In this document: in pieces, positions 50,704 to 64,000 of the stretch
Numbering within the stretch: the stretch's first letter is position 1
How the letters are laid out: each line of letters starts with the position of its first letter
Assembly: GCA_050575255.1 (NCBI GenBank)
Contig: JBNZDD010013718.1
Location: forward strand, 4,175,644-4,239,643
Source of the DNA: Harriotta raleighana
Lineage: Eukaryota
DNA length: 64,000 nt
Direction: 5' to 3'
The notes under the pieces: model-generated
Seen by the model: only the letters and a program-made list of their open reading frames with translations
Database searches by the model: none
Told to the model about the DNA's origin: nothing
Position numbers and translations under genes: made by a program

Positions 50704-53700
50704 AGAGAGAGAAAAATCAAGCTCTCCCACAACTTAAACACACCCTGAACACATGAAGCTGATAATCACTATTGCCTGTATTTAGTGAGCAAACAGACCA
50801 TTGGAAGGTTGATCTGGACAGCTTGCATTCAAAAACAGAGGAAACCAAGAGAGAGAGAGAACGAGAGAGAGTATCTGAGCTGCAAGTCTATTCATTGTTA
50901 CCTGTTCCTGGAAGGTGAGCAGCTCTCACAAATAGTGGGGCTGCATGGCCAATCCGCACCCCCAAAAGAAGACTATTCATAAAGCAGACAGAGAGGGACT
51001 CATTCAATAGACACCAGTCTGCTACCTGATGGATGTAATTCTGTTACACGGTGCCACAGATTGGATCAGACTATTATTTGGGGGCAGTCTGTAAAACTGG
51101 AAAATAATGTATGCAACCTGAGCACTAAAGCATGCGACAGGTCTTGTTGTCATCGAGTCCCGGTGCTGTGTGCAAATGGGGGTGGGGGAGGCGGAGTTGA
51201 ATATGATAGCCACGTATTTAACTTCAGAGACACTTCTTTCTTCTGCCCCTGTGCGCTTTGAAGTTCTTAAGGGCCATGAAGAACCGCCCATGGAGTAATT
51301 GGTCTGCTTTCCACAGGTGTTATGAAATTCTATCAGGGAACAAGGGTCTGTAAAAAGAGAAGCATGTAAAGCCTGGGTAGCCACAGAGGCATCTGGTAAG
51401 ATTATTTGTTGCCTCAGGGCTTGAACGTAAAAAGGTTTCACTAGAAGGGCTCACTTCCTCCGAATCTCCGCTGTGGTCTTGCATTTGTTTTTGTCCCTCA
51501 ACAATGCCAATGCATCTCTGGCCTTTATCTCATGGTAACAATCAGTGTTGCAACCTTTTCCTAAATAGATTGCAGATCTGATCTCGTTAGTTGACCCATT
51601 TGAGATTTAAAATTAATCGATACAAGGAGAAATATGTAAACTGGAAAAACTAGGAAATTCTGTAAATTTGTATCTTATCGGTTCCAACCAATGCAGCAAA
51701 CATCACTGGTAAAAACCACACATGTTTAACAATGCGTTGAATGCATTAGTTTACCCTAAACCAATATTCACTTTATTCTACTCAGAATAAATTACTATAT
51801 TTATTAACCAGCTATTGCTGCTTGATACTGTTGGAAGTGAATTTACAGAGCTGGCTGCAGACAATAGATACCACCGCCTGTTCAGTGGCAGGATCGCTGC
51901 AGATCATGAATAAAAATCTATTAAAATGTTTAACATTTTAGTCCGAACTCTGAATGAACAAAGTGCACGCATCCAATGACTGCTGGTGCAGCTAAAATAA
52001 CTCTCCAAGGAATGCAGTGTTATGGAGTCATTGGTTTAATTCAACTGCAGCGAGCAACTACACAGCCACCAAGTTCCATATATTTTATAATTTGTTCTGA
52101 TTAGCATCTCTATGGCATGCCATTTAATAAAAAAACTATTAAAATAAATTTAGTATGTTGCTCAGTATCAATGGGATTATTTCCAATCACAGCTTTAATG
52201 TATGATTTCCTCCTCTGGTCTCTTCCTTATTTTTCCTCCCTTTGTTCAGACCTTACCCTCCACATCACATACCATTTGCATTCAGACAGTCTATTCCTGC
52301 ATCTCTGTCAATGCTGCTGATTTGCATGAGTAGATCGGATTGACTTGGTTTCTGATTGTTCTTCCCTGTGGAAAACTGCCTCACTTTTGTTTTGCACTTC
52401 TCTGTTGGCCTGGCTGAGATCATTCACTGTATAAAGCTCCTAGCATTTTGCTTCGCTGGAAAGCATAGAGCCGATCATTTCCAATCACATTGCCAAATTT
52501 AGAACAATAGACTGGCATTTCCAATGGTTCTAGGGTAATATTTTCAAACCTTTGGTATTGGTTTCACTTCACAAATATGAACTTATGATATTAGCTCACT
52601 TAATAGATGTATAACAATAACAAAATTACATTTTGGGGGCGGGGGGGGGGGCGGGGGGGTGGTGCAATGTAAGGTTTAGAGTAAGACGTTCATAAGTTTA
52701 GTTCTATGATATGTGTTAAATTGGCATATTTTATATAAACTACTACTGTGACTTCAGGATAACTTCCCTCCAGAGTATCACTGACTGTCCTCCTGTTACA
52801 GCAACAGCTATTTATTTCTGGGATGAATTCAGGGTCCTGGCCTCAAACATACTTTCTGGTTCGCTGTACTAAGGCCAAAGCCACATTATTCATCCACAAA
52901 ATAAAACACTCTCCACACTTTACAGAATATCCCATGAAGTGCTATGAGATGGCCTCCTAACACGAAAAGTGCAATATCAAATATGATGATTAGATATTAG
53001 ATATTTATTATCTAAACTGTCAATGACACACTATAGATGATACAGACTTGGTTCTTGCCAACCACCACCTAACAATATCTAGAATTAGGTGAGCAGGGTT
53101 TATCCCTCCATGAGGAGAAGGCACATTCCATCCTAGACACAGGAAAATTGCCATGTGTAAGTGCATGCATATGTGATCTATTTGGATACTCTTAAGCATG
53201 GCGATGGTTTCTGCTTGTGTCAGAGAACCAGCTGTTTATTTATCTTCGCTCTAAAGATATCCTTTTAGGGTGTCTGCTCTGAAACTGCTCTGGATTGTAA
53301 ATCTCCACTAGAAAGTGCCCATCTAAACAAGATCAGGTTCTGAAGCTTCTGTAGAGAAATAACTTGTGGTATTGACTGTCCAGACATCACATGTGAAAAA
53401 TGGCACCATTTTTTCTCATAGCCGAACGTAAATTTGAATCAAATATATTGTAAGTAGATTTATGAATGAGAGGTGTCATACTCACACACCTTCAGGGCTG
53501 TGGTAAGAAGCTCATAAGGAGAGAAAATTAGATCCTTTTTGAAAAGTAGGTTTAAAAAAACAATAATCTAATCATTGTACAGTTGGGAGTTCTAAACACT
53601 TAATTGTGCCAAGTGCTTGTGCTCACCTCAAATCAGATTGGAACCAAAAGACTTACAATCCCTCTATCAATCCAATTCAATTTGACAAAATGATCAATTA

Positions 53701-56700
53701 AAAGTTGTTGCTTACGGAGCACAAATGATTTCCATTACAATTAAAAACAAGTTGAAAGATCTAACTGGAGGTACTTTAGACCATGTGTTAATCATTCCAT
53801 TGATTCAGTGCCAAAGAAATGCTATGGTTTAGTGGTCTTCTTATCAGCTTCATCCAAGTAACATAAAATTCCTACAGTGTATTATCTATCAGCCACTTCC
53901 CACAAATGCTCAGCCTATTGGGATTGAATTTCATTTTCACATAGTTTCCTCTTATATTTTAAAGAGATCCCAAATACTTACACTAACATGTGCATTACAT
54001 GGGCATTCACACAACTGAATGAACACTACAATAGTTCAAAGTTAATGGAAATCAAATTAGTTCCAGATCGACTTTCAAGTATTCGCTTCTTTGTAAAGCT
54101 CAGGTTTCCAGATTTGCCCTTTAACAGACACACCAATCTCATTTGATAACCACTAAATGATCTGTCTGACTTTCTCGGATATAGAGTGAACCTTAAGAAG
54201 TATCATTTGCGAAAGTATTCATTCCTCTATTTTAGAATTCAAATCCTAAAGGTTTAACTTGATAGTTTTGTTTTTTCATCATTTTTAAAAATAAAACTCA
54301 TAGATATTTCATTTGCTATTCCCATTCAAAGTGCATGAGCCATTTGTTCCAGAGAGAAAAATTCCAGGGTTGTCAACCTTTCTTTGGAACCCTGTCATTT
54401 AATATTCTGGGGTTACAGTCATCCATTCTAAAACTTTCTTTTCAGAAATACTGCTGGAAAAAGAACCAGACTTGTAAATTCACTTTTGTAGATTCACTGC
54501 CATAAAACCATCCTGATCACGTCCCATAATTACAACCGAGCTACTTAAAACAGGCTTTATGTTTTGAAAAGCCTAGAACAACTAGGATCACATATATTTT
54601 CTGGAGGTAACAAGTTTGCATATCTGTTTCATTAAATTGTCAGTCAGCTCCACTTAATCCACTCTCTCCTGGAACAGCTTGTTAAACTTTAATATGCAAA
54701 GCTTGACAGGCTGCAATTCAGTAAAAGTCTTTTCCAAAAATTACATGCCTTCGATGTCTCACTTCTTCATGAAAAGAGAACAACCATGACATTTTGAATG
54801 CTTATCAGTTGAACATAGTTGTACAATTCCCAGCTGGATTAAAACTGGATCAAGAACCAAGTACTATAAAGGCCTAAATGATTCAGTACTCATCATTTTT
54901 TAATCGCAACTTTGAAAACCTTAGTCATTGCCCAGGTTTCTTTAGATATGCCTTTAGCAACAGAGCAAGTTTAATCCTCTACAAATCATGATCATTTCGT
55001 GTATCTGAGAGATTGGCAGTATTATACAATGCAGAGTTGATTGACAGACTGCCAAAAAAGAGAAGCTGAAAATTCAAGATGATTCCAATGTCCTTTCTAC
55101 TCAGCCTTTGAATTGAGATGCAAAATGAGTAAACAAAATGGAAATCATTTTAAGAATGCAGCCAATAACCTCGTACAGATGAATGCAACAAAATCAGAAA
55201 GGATTTACAATGCCATTAATCAATCATTTTATCCCTGGTACCAAACATAATTGCTAAAAATATGTACCCACACATCAAAAGCGCCAACTTGTATAAATAC
55301 ATTTACTTTAGGTCCCTCTGAGACTGCATTTAATTTTGCTTTATGTTATTTTGTAATCTCCAACACAGATTCTCTCCACTAAAATTCATAGCATCAAAAC
55401 TGCATTAGCAAGCATTCAGATTAAATACATTGGTCTAACCAATGTTTATCACATGCATCCTTGTCCATAAGCACAAAGGGAAGAGAATGCTTCTTCAATC
55501 ATGTTACCCAAGTATGAGCTTCTAGCTTGCAGTGGTCACAAAAGCCTTTCTGACAGACACTGCAAGAAATAATATCATCAGAGAGAGAGCTAAAAAATGT
55601 ATTGTATTCAGTTTATTATACATTGCCCTTGCATATGGAAAGAAAATTCCTACATAGGCAGATACTGATATATTTAACTACCTGTAGTTCCTCAATTACT
55701 GTTAAAGGTACCTTTATCTTTTTTTTAAAAAAAACTATGCCATTCGTCAACATTATACAGTGTTGAAAAAAGAAAGATGCTGTATGGGTGGCCCAATTCT
55801 CAGTATCCAAAAACTAAACTTACTGTTTCAGAAAAAATCTTGCAGATAAGTATTGTGAATATATCCCTGTTCCTAAACGAGTTCACTGACAGTACAAAAG
55901 GTCTGTTCTAACGGAACCAGCAAATAAATCATAGCTGTTACAATCGCACCAAGGAATTTACGCAACTGAAAAGACACGAAAACAAACATTTTTACATCAT
56001 CACTTACCGTTTACCGAAGCTGCTTCCAATAATCAAGTAACAACCAACTGCATAACTGCCCCACCCCCTAGCCTTTGTACAGTGCTAGCTTACTTGCTTT
56101 AAATCCCTTTAGCTTTGTTTTCTAGTTCCAGAATTCGGTGCAAAACGTTGGACACTACTCTTTTGGTAACCAAACCATTATGCTTCAGCTGAACACAGCA
56201 AGGATTTCACATCAAACAGTAGTAAGCTAAGCATACACAGTATTTATAATCAAGTCACATTCACAGTCAAATTGTGTTCTTCACCGAGAATCCAACATGA
56301 TCTTCCCAAACAGAAATATCTTCTTTTAACTCTGACATTAGCAGTTTGAATGTACTGTACAGTAGAAACATTTAGGATTACAAGACTCAAAGCTGGGAAT
56401 TTAAATTTAAGAGTCACTGCTTACCAGTTCAGTAATGAAAGCACAAACAAGAAAGAGCACGCGTGCCTGACTAACAGTTCATCGAGCAGTCTACAGTTTC
56501 AACTGTACTGTACTATTCAAATGAAAGTCTAAAGTCTGAAATAAATATGTATTCAACCTGATAAAAGAATTGGATGGGTACAGAGTCAAAGTCTTGTCTC
56601 AAGTTTCACTAATAACTAATATAGCAAACTATAAATGACATGATCACAGAGTGAGATGCTTCCCAGGCAAAGTTTTGCATAATTGTAGTAGATTTTCATT

Positions 56701-57169
56701 TACATTCAAGCAAAATAATCATCAGATATTAATTACCTTTTTGTGTGATCAGCTTGAACAAACTTATTTCCACATGTTTATTATTAAACATTGCAAACCA
56801 CCAGCAATACTTTGTGGAATAGTTTTGAAAGAGTGTGTTTATTACCAGAAAGAGGATTTGTGACAGTTTCTCTGGAGACTGAACTTGTAACCGTACATTT
56901 GACTCAGATCACTGGAAAAAGTCAGTGGTTATTTCCCATTTCTCAGCAGTGAAGAATTTGTTTCACCTTGTTACAGTGGCCAAAGAACACAGACCAGAAA
57001 ATTAGTGCTTTTAATGTTCGCTCAGCCTCAGGAAAAGGTGTTCAGTTTACAGGACTCCTGAAAATGTCCTCTCAATGTATTTGATTACCGCACAGTACTG
57101 TATCTTTCTAAAACATTGCTGCAATAATCATCTCTCTTTATCAGAATGACATAGGGATTCTGTTACAGT

Positions 57170-57650
57170 CACAAGACAAGTCCCTTCAGCTCATTTAATT
57201 TCATTTGTGCAGAATATCTACCCAACTGTGTTCCCATTATAGCAATAAGCTGTTTCTCAAATGAATCCAGCATCATGTCCTAAACCTATCACTCTCTGTG
57301 GTAATCCATTCCAGCTATTAATTACCCTTGGTGCCTGTCCTGAAATTCCCCTCTGCTACATTAAACCTGTGTTCTCTTGTTCTGTTGTCTCACCACATCA
57401 AAAGTATTACACTGGATTCATTTTCTCTGTTCCATTTCAACTCTGAGTCTCCTCTGAGTTATCTCCTTTCAGGACTGAAAAGCCCAAGGTTGTCTAATTG
57501 CTGCTCGTAATTCTTTCATTGAACACTCCTCAATGTTCACTTCTGCACTGGCTTTAGGCCCTGGGAAGCCACTTATGTGGGGGTGGCCAGAATTTTACAC
57601 AATCCTCCAGGTGTGGCTCAAACAGAACGATATACAGTCTGACTGAGGAT
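57170..57650 (-). mobile_element. CR1 LINE 3' fragment
   Basis: Minus-strand LYIVLFEPHLEDCVKFWPPH (CR1 consensus LYxxLVRPHLEYCVQFWSP), followed by LGLFS.ERR and WNGLP remnants. Confidence 0.8.
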
Positions 57651-58149
57651 CTTAACTGATGAGGCAATATAGATCAACATACTGTTCACACATTGCGCAA
57701 TTTACCATAAAATCTAGTGATTGTATACGGCTACCGCAGAGCCTCTCTCTAAAGCACGCTGCAGCCATTTTGAGCATATTGATGTTTCACACACAGTTTT
57801 GAAGTAAATTTTCCAATTTTGTTGGAATCTTCAGCACAGTATCAGCCTGGAATGTAACTTCTCGATGTGTATGGCTTCCACAAAGCCTCGCTCTAAAACA
57901 TTGTTGCAATAATCACCTTTCTTTAACTAAGACACAGGGTGCCATCACAAAGCTTGGACAGCAACTTTCTGTCTAGGAGGTGAGAGTGTTACCAATCGAG
58001 CCAGGCTGACATCTGTCTGAATTGGTATTTGGTATTTCAACCATATCTGTGTGATGCAAATTAAACTTTAGCCTGTTATTTTGTATATTGTGGATCATTA
58101 ACTTTTAATCTGGTACTGTATTTAAACACTATATAATGGTATTCACACT

Positions 58150-58335
58150 TATTCTGCTTGTCGGCCTTCCCAATTTCTCCCGCCATAGGCTGCAGATAAT
58201 CCAGAACTCTGCAGCCCATGTCCTCTACAGCTCCAAGCTCTGTGAACCCATCTCTCCCATCCTCGCATTGGCTCCCCATCACCGAGAAATTCCATTCAAG
58301 ATCCTGGTCCTCAAATTCAAAGCCCTCCAAGTTCC
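58150..58335 (+). mobile_element. L2 ORF2 C-terminal fragment
   Basis: LLVGLPNFSRHRLQIIQNSAAHVL...PISPIL...IPFKILVLKFKAL, homologous to 1060-1230. Confidence 0.82.
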
Positions 58336-58649
58336 AGTCAAGACCACATGAGTTAATGCCTTGAAGTAAGCTATCCAACAGGTCAAACACCTATTGTACT
58401 TGGCTCAGGGATACCGAACAAGAAGACAAATTGTGGAAGAAACATTAGAGGATATTATAATTCTAAGCAAGGTATAAGCCTGGAACAAAGTATTCAATGT
58501 TACTTGATCATAAAGTAAATATTGATAGTGAAATTTAAGACACAGCACTTTTGTATTAAAACTTTCAAATGTGTTAGAGAAATGTGTCTCTCCAATTAGC
58601 AAAATTCCAGTGAGTATTATTAAAATTGACTGTTGGACAAGTCCAAGTA

Positions 58650-59290
58650 CAGTAAAAGCCTGTTTATCTGTGACTCGATGAATCGGAAAACCCGTTGAAC
58701 TGGCATCTCAAAAAAAAAAGTCCCGATTCGATAAACTGGAAGTTATTCGACAGAATAGCAATGACGCATTTAATGAATCGATTGTCGCTCGCGAGTACTG
58801 TGCAGGTATATCTGGCCGCTAGTCGAGCCTAAAGTCATGCTACTGCAGTTTTTTTTTAAAAAGTTGCTCTACTGCCATTTTTTTTAAAAGTCGCGTTGTC
58901 GATTTGTTTTCCTCCCGTGGTGGCCATTGCAGAAATTAAGTATCAATAATAAAGTACTAGTACAATATTATGTTATAAAAGTATCTATTATTAATGTATT
59001 TAGTCTATTATTTATATAGTATTGTTCAACATTTACAATAAAGTAGCCATACAATATTCTGTTATTACAGTATCTGTTATTAGTGTATTTACTCTATTAT
59101 TTATTTGGTACAGTGCACAACATATACAATAAAATACCCATATTATATTGTTATTATGTATTAATATTTAGTCTATTATTAATATGGTATGTGTTAAAAT
59201 AATTTTTAATTTAAAAAAATGTTCAATTGGAAAGCCATTTAACTGGCACTGGCCAGGTCCCCTGGGTGCTGGATAAACGGGCTTTTACTC
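58650..59290 (+). mobile_element. Non-autonomous Tigger/pogo-like DNA transposon, 641 bp
   Basis: TIRs cagtaaaagcctgtttatc and gataaacgggcttttactc, TA at 58648-58649 and 59291-59292. Confidence 0.88.
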
Positions 59291-60736
59291 TACATGTGTA
59301 CATTTCTGAAGATGTAGTATGTTGGAGGAGACTATCTTTATTTCCAATCTTACACATTTTTATTGGGCTGAACAAATGACAAATCTTCCACGTGTGTGCG
59401 AGGCTTCTCAGTGAAATCGTTCACATGAGGTATTCCACAAAATCCAAGAAGCAGTTAATTTACAAATGGTTATATATCATTCTCATAAAACTAATTTGTA
59501 GCCTTTAAATGGCCTTTAAAAGGCATCAGTCACTGTGAATGTAGAGTCAGGAATAGAGATTCATTTAACTTAATACTGTATATGTTTGATGGCAAGTATG
59601 ATTTCTTTGACATGAGAATCAAATAGTGTGGGTGTGGGGAAACGATGCACAGTACAGTATTACACAATACAATGCAGCAAGTGGTATTGTTTTGTTGCCA
59701 ATTAGGATAAGCAAGCTGCAAGACTGTCACAGATTATTACCATCAGAAAGTACCTGCCTAACTAAGACTTCACAATTCAAGGTGAATGGGGTTCTTTGTT
59801 ATTGTGGTATTGATCAAAAGCGCTTTCTTCAGTTCCTCAAAATCCATCTGTCGTGGTCCTTGTTCCTTCACAGGATCATCAGGCTGTCAGATTTCTACTT
59901 TTGTACAATTAGTTACTTGTTCAGTATGGACGGTCCTCAATTCAATGCCACACAATATTGTTTCTGTTACTCTCCTGTACCAAGGTACAATTCAATTCCA
60001 TTTACAAGAACAAGGCAACTAATTTCTGGTCTTGTAATCCAGTAAGTAATCTATGTGAGTAACACAATGTAATGGCACACTGATGTTTTCTTATGCGGAT
60101 CTATCAATCTCTTTTGGTTCCAATTATATCACACCAGCTCAATTACACAAAAGGAAGTGCAAAGCAACCTATATAAATTGCAATGGAATTGTTATGATTT
60201 TTAGTGATCGATAATGCAACAACATTCTTTTAAAATGGAATTGATCTATCTACGACAATAAACCGCTGTAAATAGTACAGTATTCTGAACAGGTTCCACT
60301 TTGCAGCTACAATTTTAGTCTCAATTAGATCCACCTTGTTACATTTCGAATTTATTTGGTTTAATACTTAAGTAATTGAAGGTAGTGAAAATTGCACATA
60401 GCTAAATTGCTAGAGAAAATAATAGAGAAGTACTAAAGAGTCTGAGAAGGGAGCTAATGAGCAGGATTCAATTAAATGGAGAATATCACTCGCACAGACC
60501 TGATGTCTTGAATGTCTGTACATCCGTGATTCTGAATGGCTGTTTCTTGAGATCAGACTCAAGACTAAACCGGGAAGTCTCTTTATTACAGAATGTGTGT
60601 TAATCTTTTCCTTGTGGAATAATAACCTGATCAATACTTCCTCCTGAATGCTTGAAAGTACCTATCACCGCTTTGAAATGCATTACCCACAGCAAAAATC
60701 GAAAGGCTAGATTATGGTGAAGGCTACTAGACAATT

Positions 60737-60973
60737 GCAAAACGCATGATCAATTGAGTGAAGCTAACTAGTCCCATGATAGTCTATTCCCAGCCCAAAT
60801 TATCCTTTAATGGGTGAATATTCCAAATCTTGGTGAAGTCTCCGTAATGATAGGAAAAGCTGATATTGAGGGATCAGATACTGACAATGTGACAAACACT
60901 TCATCACCACAAGCCAATTATCCTCCTGGTAACTTTTTGGATGTCTGTCTCCTACTTAAAACCTAAATAGTCG
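60737..60973 (-). pseudogene. Decayed 28S (LSU) rRNA fragment from the domain V / peptidyl-transferase region
   Basis: The plus strand follows antisense 28S colinearly: tgggtgaatattccaa..cttggtgaa..aatgataggaaaagctgatattgagggatca..ccacaagccaattatcc..tggtaacttt..ctcctacttaaaacc, against recalled GGGTGAACAATCCAACGCTTGGTGAA..AATGATAGGAAGAGCCGACATCGAAGGATCA..CCACAAGCCAGTTATCCCTGTGGTAACTTTT..CTCCTGCTTAAAACC. Confidence 0.85.
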
Positions 60974-61898
60974 ATGTAACAAAACCCCTTTATAACAGAA
61001 AACCCATTCAAAGATGCAATCTTCATGCAGCATCATAATCTGTCAAATGTTACAGAGTGGTTGCAATTAGGCCAACAGAATCCACAACGAAAGGGGCAAA
61101 AGTCTTTAGTAGCTTAGATTTGTTTATTCATGAGTATCCTACCATCGACCATTCAGTTCATTAATATTAATCTGGCCACAAGAGAACTCTGTATCTGGTG
61201 AACCATGAGTCAAATGAAATTAAACAGTGACTGTGAGCATCACTATGTAAGTGTATTTCGGGTTCAGTAATGCTAAACTTGGCTGTTGCAAATATTGCTG
61301 CATTTGGAATGCAGTTGCTCAGTAAGTAATGTCGTCAAACGGCTGCCAACATTGTACCCACGCATATTGTCATTGAACGTGGCTGCATTTGCTTATGAAG
61401 CGCTTTATAACATTTTGGATCTTAAAGATGCCTATATTTAATTCCTGTAAAGCACTTTGAGACATTGACGATGCGATAAGGCAATACATCAAATACAAGG
61501 ATTATTATGATATCAAAAGCAAGGATTTCGATAATACTGTTTAGTAGCTGCCATCAGCTATTGGGTGTTCAGGGAGATTGACTCATCGTCTCTGAAAGGA
61601 TTACTCTTAAAAGTGTCAGCAGACACAAGCTAGACCAAAGGGCCTTCCGTGTTTTTATGGTTCTATGATGGAAATGCATGACTCAGCATTGGGGGAGAGG
61701 AGGAGAAAAGTAGGAAAAGGTGAACAATACCAATACCTAACAGATTTCAGGTCATCTATTTCTTCTCATAAGCCTAAGATAACCGATTACCAGGGGATAA
61801 AGCAATTTAATATAAGTAAAGATGATAAAAGACAATAACAATATTTGGTTTTGCCATTTATGAGACAAACACATGATCTTATCTGCCATGATCTTAAC

Positions 61899-62232
61899 GA
61901 GTCCTGTAGTTAGTGGTTAGAGCACTCGCCTCATCAGCGAGAGGACCTGGGTTTGATTCCTAGGCAGGGCAAAACACTAGGCAAGTTTACTTACTGTACA
62001 CGCCTATGTTACCTAGCAGTAAGTAATAACTACTAATAACCCGGTTATTAGTCAATTAGCAGATCACTTTTGTAGAAGTAATAATCCTTTCAAAAATCAT
62101 AATTGTCACTTGTTCCATGACTGTTTGTGGACACTGCTGCATTTTGCCCATAAACACTATGATTCGTCTCAAAGATTTGATAAGGCGCTATATCAAATGC
62201 AAGATTTATTATTATGATTATTATTATTTATT
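61899..62232 (+). mobile_element. tRNA/Deu SINE, long subfamily
   Basis: Head agtggttagagcactcgcctcatcagcgagaggacctgggtttgattcc, extra internal block, tail gataaggcgctatatcaaatgcaagatttattatt. Confidence 0.85.
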
Positions 62233-64000
62233 CTTTGCAGGAGACAAACAGCAAGAATACGCGTATAGTAGATAATTCATTTCTGATACAGTAAGGTAAG
62301 AAATTATTTGATCCCTCAATGAGAGAAAATTAATATTGGAAATATTTCATGATTTGGTGAGAAAGCGAGAGAGCGAGAGACACACTCGTACATTGGCCTA
62401 GGGGATAAAACATGCCAGTTGCTGCAGTCATTAACCTTTCCTTTGCACCCACGAAGATAATAACTGGCTGCTAGGTTAGCATTTGCATCGCAGCTATGCA
62501 TTGCTTAATAAACCCCACCAGCAATACTCAATACAGGCTGTCTCTGCTATTCAGTACCAAAGCTCAAAGCATCTGTTCAGTGGCCAGGAAAACTGGAACT
62601 TTTTAATAATTTAGATTACTTAGCTCCTGACTCAGGTCACATTCAAATGAACAAATTGTTTGCTTTCTCTGGAATCTTTAGAATAAGGCCTATAAAATGA
62701 ATGTTAAGAAAAACTCCCCAAATACTGTAAAATTTTGTCTGTACAGTGTTGCATGAAAGCAATGAAGAAAGATAGTGAAATAACAAGCTATACAGCAATG
62801 TGAATAGAAATGTTTGGAAGCTGGTCCATTTTCTTGTGAAACAACTTGTGCAAAAAAAGCTTCAAAATCAAGTCTCAATTAATATTTACTCAACAGATTC
62901 TGCACAATCTTAAAATTTGATGACAATGGTTTTAAGACTAAGACTATGATTAAGGCTATGGCTATGCTAAAGCCTCTGGGTTCCCAACAATACACAACAT
63001 CAGGAATCCCAGCAGAATGCATGTTAGTAAGCGGGTTTTCCACATCTGTTTGTTTCCAGGAGATTCAGGAAAACATTTATTCAGTAACCCATTGGCTGGA
63101 AATGTTTCCTTGAGGCAGTTTCTCATTACTTTTAATGAATTCATTCAGCCTGAGATCAGTTTATGAGTACATTTTGCATTGATTCAATGTGAAAAATATA
63201 GCAAAACAATGCAAAATTTAACATATAATTAGGACTTTTACACCATAAAATACTGGAAGTGGTTTGACTGCAGAAAACACTGAGAGCGTCTATGATCCAA
63301 TGCAAAATTACCACATATGCAAAACAAGGTGCAAATAGACTTTACCCCCACTCCACCCCCAAAAATATTCAATAGGGAATAAATACTTGAGAAAAGCAAC
63401 CAATACTATAATTACTTGCCTCAAAAGGGACAGATAAACATCTGTATAACAATTGAACGTACATATCGAGAGGGAAGGTCAAATGTTCCATAGAATGAAA
63501 CAGTTTATGAGACAATGACATATTTTTGTATGAAGTCAGTCAATCAAAGAGTACTAAAGTAAGTTTCAAGTTCAGAATAATGTTCTAGTATTTTATATAT
63601 TAACTATGGCAGGGAAAACATTTTTGCTCAATGCCTTCCTGCTAAAGATTTCCCAAGTGGGTAAAATTTGCACATTGGGAAGGCCAGTATGTAACCAAGT
63701 CACAGAGGATGAAAAGGATGAATTAGCTAATTTCAGCCAGGGTGACCTGTAGACATGTTCCTGAGTATAAGCCAGCATGCATAAGAGAAGGACTGGAGAA
63801 ATTGGGGAAGAAGCAAAAAAAAGCAAAACAAACTAAATCCAGGAAATGTTCAGGCATGAATGTGCATGCACTGCAGGTCTTTTTCTAACTACTTTATGAA
63901 TCAAAAGGTACATGATTCACTTATCCTTTTTATTAAAAAAAGGAAAACTTATGGTATAAAGTCATTACAACAAGAAAATGTGTTTAAACGTTTTGAATGA

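Noticed and set aside
52634-52662. Poly-G tract with G-quadruplex potential
   Set aside because: An isolated intronic homopolymer with no supporting context, and error-prone in assemblies.
58076-58390. ORFs of 104 aa (-) and 71 aa (+)
   Set aside because: An L2 ORF2 remnant and its antisense frame.
62962-63045. Signal-peptide-like ORF MWKTRLLTCILLGFLMLCIVGNPEALA* as the sema4b first coding exon
   Set aside because: It runs into a stop, lacks the class-4 PR motif and offers only a poor phase-1 donor (T|gtattg). Not supportable without cDNA.

Overview
AT-rich vertebrate genomic DNA, most likely from a cartilaginous fish such as a chimaera or shark. The taxon is inferred from the Deu-domain tRNA-SINE, L2 and CR1 repeat content and from the protein divergence. 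The only protein-coding gene I can support is semaphorin-4B (sema4b) on the minus strand. I assembled 13 coding exons by hand between 32567 and 13561. All have GT-AG borders and consistent phases, and they give 2405 nt of CDS (about 800 aa) covering the Sema, PSI, Ig, TM and cytoplasmic regions. The signal-peptide exon was not found and probably lies beyond 64000, behind an intron of more than 31 kb. A 3' UTR of up to about 4.9 kb with three poly(A)-signal clusters follows the stop codon. The rest is intronic or intergenic DNA with many retroposon relics, three TA-flanked Tigger/pogo-like MITEs, a decayed 28S rRNA fragment and two duplications at single-N joins that are probably assembly artefacts. 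I did not find convincing evidence of a wholly new biological system. The best leads are an Ala-for-Ser change in the SEMA4B PDZ-binding tail, an L2/SINE pair sharing a 3' stem-loop, a MITE family with divergent internal repeats, fold-back palindromes at retroposon breakpoints and the 28S rRNA relic. Comparisons with known sequences are from memory, and no database searches were run.
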